Shown here: one piece after another, positions 55,652 to 64,000 of the stretch
Layout: every line of letters starts with the position of its first letter
Position numbering within the stretch: position 1 is the stretch's first letter
Origin: Eledone cirrhosa
Lineage: Eukaryota
Length of the DNA stretch: 64,000 nt
Assembly: GCA_964016885.1 (NCBI GenBank)
Contig: OZ024740.1
Coordinates: 83,700,001-83,764,000 of the forward strand
Direction of reading: 5' to 3'
The notes under the pieces: model-generated
What the model was told of the DNA's origin: nothing
Databases searched by the model: none
What the model saw: only the letters and a program-made list of their open reading frames with translations
Position numbers and translations under genes: made by a program

Positions 55652-55686
55652 GTTTAAAATAGAGTGGAAAAGATGGGAAAGACCAC

Positions 55687-57774
55687 TTACCGTACTTTTG
55701 GTAGAGGAGGGATGGTTTTTACATCCCTTTTCACTTGATCGTCTGGTGAAGGGACCGTTGAATCGTCCCTTCGGCTGGTCGTCGGCTCTTCGAGAATGTC
55801 TGAGTATACTCTTCGATTGATGGTTCCTCCTAGGTCCCTGAAATCACCAACTGCGTTGGGGAATTTCGTTTTAATATTTGTGTATTGTTTCTGTGCTATT
55901 TTTAGCAGTCTTATGCTAGTTGGCGTTTTGATTGGTGCTGGTATTATGTAGTCCTGTTGTGAAATGTCTGTGTGTTCAATTATGTAAGTCATTAGTTTCT
56001 TGTTGTGTGTATTTATTGCCGTGCATTTGTTTTTCTGGGGGTGGGGTGTGGTTCTGCTATTTTCTTGTCGTTGTTGCTGGGTGTGTGTGTTTTGTTGTTG
56101 TGTTTGCGATGTTGGTGCTTGTGGTGGTGGTGTTGAAGGTTTTGTTGGCGGTGGGGTTGTCGCCGGTGGTGATGGTGGCGCTAGTGTGGGTGGTGATGGT
56201 GTTGGTGTTGTTGCTGCTGTGGGTCTCTTTGCAGTAGACTTTACCCTTTTCTCATTTCTTTCCTCCCTTTTCAAAGGCGACGATGCGCTGCTTCTGCGTT
56301 TGTGCCTTCTTACGACCTTTTGCCATCTCTCTCCCACCTCACACTCCATGTCTGATTCTGTGAGGTCGGGGAGGGGTACCAGCTCCACTCTTTCACTTGT
56401 TGTTGTTGGTGATGTTTGCACTGGAGTCTCTGTTGCAGCTGCATTTGGTATTGCTGTTGTTGTTGTTAGTATTTCCACTGCTGCTGCTGTTTTTGATTTC
56501 CGTGGAGTGGGTATGGGTGCCACGGGCCTATCGTTCCTGGTTGCCGCTTGTCCTGTTGCTGGTAGCCGTGGAGCCGGATTCGGAAGGAGGGGGGTTTTCT
56601 CCTTTCTCAGGGTCTTCTCGTTGCAGAAGGCCCTGAGGTGAGTCTTCGATCCACAGCGAAAGCATTTCGGGCGTTTGCCCTCAACACTTATGGGCAGTTG
56701 AGTGCCGTTATCGAAGTCTATCACATCCGGGATAGCTTCGATGCACTCCTGGTTGGTTTGGATTAGCATCTCAATGGAGGAGCCGACCCAATCTTCTCTT
56801 ACTTTTTTCTGTACTTGCAGTACAGTTGTTTTGTCCTCGATTCCGACGAGGACAGACGCGGCCAGCCAAGAAGGGGTCATTCCGGGGGGGACGTGGGTCA
56901 GTTTGACCCTCACAATTTTTTGCCCACAGTAGGAGGGCACCAACACCATTTCCTCGCTCCTTAGGGTCACTACTGATTGGGCCTTTGCCTCCTGGGGTGT
57001 GGCAAAAAGTACGTCTACGGTGGCATATTTTTTGCCTCGGGTGATGTGCGTTTTCCGCTGCCACACAGACCCCAAGGCTTTTTGTATTTGGGCCTCTGTG
57101 GCTCTTTCCACCCTACGGGATTTTGTACTTACTGTACGGTACGTGACCGTACAGTGCTCTTGGGTTTCGAAAAATTTTTCCGCTGCCTTGCAGATTGCTC
57201 GGTGTCCGTTCTTTGTCACCATCTTCTTCGCTTCCTCTAATTCCTCATTTGTTATGAGGATTGTTTCCAAGTTTTTCGCAATACCTGCAAATGAGATTGG
57301 TTTTTCTCTGCTGTTGTTGTTGTCGTCAGAGCTGCTGGTACTTTTGTTGTTGCTGCAGGTACTACGACTACTGCCTCCGCCGCTGTTGCTGTGGTTGTTG
57401 TTGGTGTTGCTGCTGCTAATGCTGTTGTTGTTTATGCTGCTGGTGATGCTGTTGCGGCTGCTACTGTTGTTTTCATTGTCACTGTTGCTGTTGTTATTAC
57501 GGCTGCTACTGCTATTATTCCTGACGTCAGACGAATGAACTGGGTTTTCGTATTTCCCGCACACCTGTTTCGTCGCTGTCGTCGTCGTCGTGGAGAAACC
57601 TTGCACGCTTTGCACGAGACTTTTCTTTTCTTTCGTCGCTTGCGAAAGAGAAGGGAGAGACACATTTAAAGAAGGGAGGGAGAGAGACAATCTTCTCTCT
57701 GCTGTAGTGATGATTGAGGAAGAAGAAGACGGAATGAGTGGGAGTGACGTATGAAATTTCTTTTTCGTAGCCAT
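55687..57774 (-). CDS. Tx1 ORF1 (gag-like nucleic-acid-binding protein, CCHC knuckle), intact, 695 aa
   Basis: Open from ATG at 57774; CFRCGSKTHLRAFC = CX2CX4HX4C; N/S-rich and P/T-rich low-complexity segments. Confidence 0.9.
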   Translation of the reverse strand: MATKKKFHTSLPLIPSSSSSIITTAERRLSLSLPSLNVSLPSLSQATKEKKSLVQSVQGFSTTTTTATKQVCGKYENPVHSSDVRNNSSSSRNNNSNSDNENNSSSRNSITSSINNNSISSSNTNNNHSNSGGGSSRSTCSNNKSTSSSDDNNNSREKPISFAGIAKNLETILITNEELEEAKKMVTKNGHRAICKAAEKFFETQEHCTVTYRTVSTKSRRVERATEAQIQKALGSVWQRKTHITRGKKYATVDVLFATPQEAKAQSVVTLRSEEMVLVPSYCGQKIVRVKLTHVPPGMTPSWLAASVLVGIEDKTTVLQVQKKVREDWVGSSIEMLIQTNQECIEAIPDVIDFDNGTQLPISVEGKRPKCFRCGSKTHLRAFCNEKTLRKEKTPLLPNPAPRLPATGQAATRNDRPVAPIPTPRKSKTAAAVEILTTTTAIPNAAATETPVQTSPTTTSERVELVPLPDLTESDMECEVGERWQKVVRRHKRRSSASSPLKREERNEKRVKSTAKRPTAATTPTPSPPTLAPPSPPATTPPPTKPSTPPPQAPTSQTQQQNTHTQQQRQENSRTTPHPQKNKCTAINTHNKKLMTYIIEHTDISQQDYIIPAPIKTPTSIRLLKIAQKQYTNIKTKFPNAVGDFRDLGGTINRRVYSDILEEPTTSRRDDSTVPSPDDQVKRDVKTIPPLPKVR

Positions 57775-58255
57775 GTTTTTTTGTTTAAAATGAAAGTTTG
57801 GGTACAAAACCCCAATAACTGGTTATTTAACCCCGAAGGGCCAAATAACGGACAGAAAGACCCCTCTCACGAGGAGGAGGGTGTCTTTATCAACAATTTG
57901 GTTCAAGTTTTAAACAATTTACAATTGTTTTAACGGTTAAAAATTACTATACCTTACAGAGCCGAGCCTCCGTCAACCATGGCATTCAATAATAATAATA
58001 ATAATAATAATGTTTTCTTTATTAACCACAAGGGTTCACATAAAGTAGACATTAAGGACAGTACAGGACAATACAGGACGGTACAAATGGGCATTTCTGC
58101 GTGTAAAAAAACAGAGGTTGAAATAAAATAACAAAGAAAAATTCCCCAATAGGGGGGGAGACTTCCAAGGGACATTTGTAGAGAAAGCCCATTAAAATAC
58201 CACAGTGGCCCTGACCACCAGGGCAAGTGCCCTCTCCCAGTTTTCCACCTTTAAT

Positions 58256-61200
58256 TTACAGACACATACTCAGAGAAGGCCCATTCATTCGGGCCATACT
58301 TGCTTCTCTCACCCATCTTTCAACAAAGTGCTGGGAAGAGAGCACTTCCCTCTCTACCCTGATTTTCCTTTTCAAATGAAATTTGAAAAAGTTAATCAGT
58401 GCATCACCGAAGAGGTAAGTGCTCGTCTTCAGCCCTTTCAAACGTGTCCACCATACTATCTCTTTCGCCATGGCCACCAGACAGATAAAAACTGCCTGCC
58501 CTTCCAGGCTAAAGGAAGGGGGCGGGGCAATCCTCACGATGGACTCAGCTGATAGCTGGATCCGTCCTACACGTGACAGCAGGTGTTCGACATAAACCCA
58601 CAAGTCAGCAATGCTCGGACACTGGACGAGTGCGTGCAGGACGGTTACGTCGCCCTGCGCGCATCTCAGACATGCCCGGCTGACGGCACCTCCATGCCTG
58701 TAGAGTTTATCCCGAACTGGCAAGGCTCCTCGGTAGCACTGCCAGGCCAGGGATTTCTGGAAGTTGTCCATAGGCCCCGGCCCGAAAGTCCTTCCGAAGA
58801 GATTGGCTAGTTGATTTTCGTCGACGCCTAGAGTTTCTCCAAGTACGTCGTCGCTCTTCCCCTCCACTAATCCCCTATAGAACGCCAAGGTGGAGTTTCC
58901 ACCGATCACATTGCCCGATTGGTCGGGGGCTGTGAGCGCCTGAAGACATTCCAGTCTCCAAGCGCTCCCTCTCGGTCTTCGCTTGACCCAGGACTGCAGC
59001 TCCGTCACGGAGACGAGCTGGGGAAAAACGTGTCTTGCAAACGGCGACCACACCTGATCACCGTCGAGGAAGAGGTGGAGATGTCGTAGCCTGAGCGAGT
59101 GTCTGCGCATCATCAGCCACGGCATTCCCAGCCCTCCACGTAGCGGGTGTTGACAGCAGATGGACCGCCTGACCATCGGAGCGCGTCCCTTCCACAAGAA
59201 GCGAAAGAGCAAACGCTCCAGCGCAGTCAGACGGGGCTTAGGACAAGATACGACGGTCAGGCGGTAGTAGATGACGGATGCGATGTACGCATTCGCCACC
59301 TCCGCTCGACCTTTCAGGGATAGCTTCCTCTCGGCCCATTTCTGGGTGAGAGAAGCCACCCTGCTCGTCACCTCGTCCCAGTTTTTGTCCGTCTGGAGGT
59401 CTGGACCGAACCAGACCCCTAGCAATTTAACCGGTCCGTCCGTCCAGCGCCCGACCACGCTGTTGGACGGCATGGACCTGCCTCTCCAGGTGCCGAGCTG
59501 CAGGCACACTGACTTTTCCTGGTTGATCATTGCTCCTGTCACCGCTTCGTATTCTCTTAGTGTAGTGCCGATCGCCTCGATGTGTTTGGCGTTCGACACC
59601 ACTACGGTGACATCGTCGGCATATGCTGACACGGATCTTCCGCATCCTAGTTCGCGCGGGACCCCCCTCAACGTCTCCAGTTTGTGCAGTAATGGCTCGA
59701 GAGTCAATACGTACAATAGGGACGAGAGGGGACATCCTTGGCGGACCGAGCGCATGATGTTGAACGGTTCCGAAAGGTGACCGTTCACTCTCACTACAGA
59801 GCAGATGTCGCTGTGGATGGCAGCGATCCAGCCTCTGAAGACGGGCCCAAAGCCAGCCGCCTTCAGGACTGCCGTTAGGTAACGATGATCGACCCTATCG
59901 AAGGCTTTCGACTGATCTAAATTGATAAAAGACCCACCCGTGCCAGGTTCCCTAGCTACCCTCTCTACGATGTATCGCATGAGGTGGAGGTTGTCGTGGA
60001 TGGATCTGTCGGGAATGGCGCATGTCTGTGCCTCTCCCACCAGACCACCAACGACAAGCGCCAACCTCTTTGCTAGCACCTTGGCCAAAATCTTGAACTC
60101 TGTGTTTAGCAGAGTTATGGGCCTAAAATTATCTATGTTATCCCCCTTGTTCGGATCCTTTCTCAGCAGCGCCACCGCTCCTCGGCTCACAGAGCTGGGA
60201 ATTCTCCCGTTCTGTTGCCAGTTGCAGTAGACGTCCGCCAAGAGGCCTCCAAACAAGTCTGACATTTGTACGTAAAGTTCATAGGGCAGACCATCTAAAC
60301 CAGGCGATTTACCCCTTGTGCAGCCAGTCATTGCCTCCCTTACTTCGGCTTTTCGCAACACTCCGCCTCAGTGGCCGAGAGCCGCGGCAATCCGTCGAGG
60401 TAGACACTAAAGTCAATCCCTCGACCCGGCCCACCGCTGCCCCCGAACAGCTGAGCGAAGGGTCGCTGATAAGCTTCACACATTTGCCCGGGATCGAGTA
60501 GCATACGCCCGTCATGGTCCACCAAAGACCGGATCGTGGCTTTGTTTCCACGACGCGCCTCCGCCACTCGGGCCCATTGAACGGCTTTCGTCCCCTCGTG
60601 TCTAAGAGCACGCACCCTAGCTCTGACAACGCAGCCTTCGTGCTTTGCATTGAAAAATTGGTCAAGGGCCAATTTCGCCGCAAGCACGTCGTTCGCAATG
60701 CCTTTGCTAAGCGCCTCGTCTAATGTTCTAACTAGTTCTCCCTCTGCTCTATTTTTCTCTATTGCTAAAGCCTTACTAAACCTAATCGATTCTATTTTAA
60801 TCGCTCTTTTCAGAGCAAACAACCACTTGTTGTGGACGATGGCCCCCGTCAACGCCCGCTTAACTAGTTCGCTAATCCGGTCTCTGTAGGCCTTGCGCGC
60901 TGGTAAGGACGCGTTTAGCTTCCAGTAGCCGGATCCTCGTCTATGCAGCCTATCTAAGTCAAGCACACAGATCACGAATTTGTGGTCCGTGTAGCTGACT
61001 GTCCAAGTCCACATTGGCACATTCAGGAAATCCAATCGGTACCTGTCAGACAGTTCAAAACGCCTGAGCAGGTTGGTGAGGCTCTTGCACCCTCCACCCC
61101 TATCCGCTAATCCCACACAGTCCCAGCGTGCATCTAAGATCCCGTTCCAGTGGCCCACTAACACTAAAGAGCGGGACGTTCCAAGAAAATTCTCCAGACG

Positions 61201-61571
61201 CCGGAAGAAACCAGGCCGCCCTGCTCCTGTCGGGGCATAGACGGCCACTAGCCTGAAAGCTTGCCCGTCTCCGCTGGTCAAGTCCAGCACCACCAACTTA
61301 CCCTCTGGGTCCAGGAAGATGGCCCGTATGGCGAGATCCAAACCTCTCCGAAAAAGCACAGCAACTCCTCCCCCCGATCCAGGACGGCTGGGAGATGCGA
61401 ACACATCGTAGCCGCCGAAGATCGGTGCGAAGGCCCGTGCTTCGGAGATTCTGGTCTCGCTGATGGCCACTACATCTATGTTTAGTGACGTGAGGTCGTT
61501 GAGCAGGTGACCTTGCTTCCATGACGACCCCAACCACGCCCATTTATGCTGCCTATTCTGAGTGAGGTCAT
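58256..61571 (-). pseudogene. Tx1 copy 2 ORF2: RT/zinc-finger half open, endonuclease damaged
   Basis: 30-codon deletion near 61000 removes SYLD; GDWN changed to GHWN; frameshifts near 60345 and 61540. Confidence 0.92.
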
Positions 61572-61606
61572 GTTTAAAATAGAGTGGAAAAGATAGGAAA
61601 GACCAC

Positions 61607-63612
61607 TTACCGTACTTTTCGTAGAGGAGGGATGGTTTTCCATCCTTTTCACTTGATCGTCTGGTGAAGGGACCGTTGAATCGTCCCTTCGGCTGGTCGT
61701 CGGCTCTTCTATGAGTATGTCCGAATATACTCTTCGGTTGAGTGTCCCTCCTAGGTATCTGAAATCACCAACTGCGTTGTTGAATTTTGTTTTAATGTTT
61801 GTGTATTGTTTCTGTGCTATTTTTAGCAGTCTTATGTTAGTTGGCGTTTTGATTGGTGCTGGTATTATGTAGTCGTGTTGGGAAATGTCTGTGTGTTCAA
61901 TTATGTAAGTCATTAGTTTCTTGTTGTGTGTATTTATTGCCGTGCATTTGTTTTTCTGGGGGCGAGGTGTGGTTCTGCTATTTTCTTGTCGTTGTTGCTA
62001 GTTGTGTGTGTTTTGTTGTTGTGTTTGCGATGTTGGTGCCTGTGGTGGTGGTGTTGAAGGTGTTGTTGGCGGTGGTGTTGTCGCCGGTGGTGATGGTGGT
62101 GCTAGTGTGGGTGGTGATGGTGTTGGTGGTGTTGCTGCTGTGAGTCTCTTTGCAGTAGCCTTTACCCTTTTTTCATTTCTTTCCTCCCTTTTCAAAGGCG
62201 ACGATGCGCTGCTTCTGCGTTTGTGCCTTCTTACGACCTTTTGCCATCCCTCTCCCATCTAACGCTCCATGTCTTATTCTGTGAGGTCGGGGAGGGGTAC
62301 CAGCTCCACTCTTTCACTTGTTGTTGTTGGTGATGTTTGCACTGGAGTCTCTGTTGCAGCTGCATTTGGTATTGCTGTTGATGTTGTTAATACTTCCATG
62401 CTGCTGCTGTTTTTGATTACCGTGGCGTGGGTATGGGTGCCACGGACCTATCGTTCCTGGTTGCCGCTTGTCCTGTTGCTGGTAGCCGTGGAGCTGGTTT
62501 CGGAAGGAGGGCGGTTTTCTCGTTTCTCAGGGTCTTCTCGTTGCAGAAGGCCCTGGGGTGAGTCTTCGATCCACAGCGAAAGCATTTCGGGCGTTTGCCC
62601 TCAACCCTTATAGGCAGTTGAGTGCCGTTATCGAAGTCTATCACATCCGGGATAGCTTCGATGCACTCCTGGTTGGTTTGGATTAACATTTCAATGGAGG
62701 TGCCGTCCCAATCTTCTCTTACTTTTTTCTGTACTTGCAGTACAGTTGTTTTGTCCTCGATTCCAACGAGGACAGACGCGGCCAGCCAAGAAGGGGCCAT
62801 CCCGGGGAGGACGTGGGTCAGTTTGACCCTCACAATTGTTTGCCGGCAGTAGGAGGGCACCAACACCATTTCCTCATTCCTTAGGGTCACTAAGGATTGA
62901 GCCTTTGCCTCCTGGGCTGTGGCAAAATTACGTTTACGTTGGCATATTTCTTGCCTCGGGTGATGTGCGTTTTCCGCTGCCACACAGACCCCAAGGCTTT
63001 TTGTATTTGAGCCTCTGTGGCTCTTTCAACTCTACGGGATTTTGTACTTACTGTACGGTACATAACCGTACAGTGCTATTGGGTTTCGAAAAAATTTTCC
63101 GCTGCCTTGCAGATTGCTCGGTGTCCAGTTTTTGTCACCATCTTCTTCGCTTCCTCTAATTCCTCATTTGTTATGAGGATGGTTTCCAGGTTCTTTGCGA
63201 TACCTACAAACGAGATTGGTTTTTCTTTGCTGCTGTTGTTGTTGTTGCTGCTGCTGCTGTTGTTGCTGTTGCTGCTAATGCAGTTGTTGTTTATGCTGCT
63301 GCTGATGCTGTTGCGGCTGCTACTGTTGTTTTCCTTGTCACTGTTGCTGCTGTTATTACGGCTGCTACTGCTATTATTCCTGACGTCAGACGAATGAAAT
63401 GGGTTTTCGTATTTCCCACACACCTTTTTCGTCGTTGTCGTCGTCGTCGTGGAGAAATCTTGCTCGCTTTGCACGTGAATTTTTTTTTCTGGCGTCGCTT
63501 GCGAAAGAGAAGGGAGGGAGAGAGACAATCTTCTCTCTGCTGTAGTGACGATTGCGGAAGAAGAAGACGGAATGAGTGGGAGTGACCTATGAAAATTCTT
63601 TTTCGTAGCCAT
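61607..63612 (-). pseudogene. Tx1 copy 2 ORF1, multiple stops and frameshifts
   Basis: Split across ORFs 63076-63645, 62417-62983, 61998-62258 and 61482-61913. Confidence 0.92.
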
Positions 63613-63827
63613 GTTGTTTTTTTGTTTAAAATAAATATTGGGCACAAAACCCCAATGGGCGGTAATTTATCCCCGAAGGGCCAAATAACGGGCAGAAAGA
63701 CCCTTCTCACGAGGAGGAGGGTGTTTTTGTCTACAAGTTGGTTAAAGTTTTAAACAATTTACAATTGTTATAGCGGTCAAAATTTATAATACCTTACAGA
63801 GCCGAGCCTCCATCAACCATAGCATTC

Positions 63828-64000
63828 AATAATAATAATAATAATAATGATGATTTCTTTATTGGCCACAAGGGCTGATATAGAGAAAAACATTACAGAC
63901 GGCACAGGACAGTACAGGATGGTACGATGAGGGTTTTGTGCGTGTAAATATGTCTATTATTTATATAAGAAAAGAAAAAAAATGGACATAGAAACATATA
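63828..64000 (-). mobile_element. 3' end of a third, more diverged Tx1 copy
   Basis: (AAT)n followed by gatttctttattggccacaaggg..caggacagtacaggatggtac, homologous to the 3' UTRs of copies 1 and 2. Confidence 0.8.

Larger units (their letters stand above)
51930..57987 (-). mobile_element. Full-length Tx1-clade LINE, copy 1, with (ATT)n tail 51930-51982
   Basis: ORF1 + ORF2, 5' and 3' UTRs; ends defined by alignment with copy 2. Confidence 0.95.
57988..63827 (-). mobile_element. Full-length Tx1-clade LINE, copy 2, with (ATT)n tail 57988-58011
   Basis: Colinear with copy 1 and has the same 5' end. Confidence 0.95.

Noticed and set aside
57775-57987. Ribozyme in the Tx1 5' UTR
   Set aside because: Hairpins are present but I could not assemble an HDV-like or hammerhead fold by eye.
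53248-63585. Plus-strand ORFs overlapping the Tx1 copies
   Set aside because: Antisense shadows of GC-rich ORF1/ORF2.

Overview
AT-rich, microsatellite-dense eukaryotic (metazoan) DNA; the repeat families resemble those of cephalopod (Octopus-like) genomes, which is an inference. No host gene could be supported. The window is a mosaic of transposable elements: Tx1/L1-clade LINEs, two Penelope-like elements (PLE; RT + GIY-YIG), Helitrons, RTE, R4/Dong-like, CRE-like and Gypsy remnants, a mariner derivative, and many copies of a tRNA-derived SINE. Two signals stand out. (1) About a dozen minimal hammerhead-ribozyme motifs from several unrelated repeat families, including compensatory U3-A8 (UUGANAA) and CCGAUGA core variants. 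Many sit in short non-coding inverted-repeat or direct-repeat (retrozyme-like) units. (2) An (ATT)n-directed retroposition system: a head-to-tail array of at least three Tx1 copies joined only by (AAT)n, plus a SINE that shares the Tx1 3' end and whose target-site duplications all begin with ATTATT. All motif calls are by eye and need computational confirmation.
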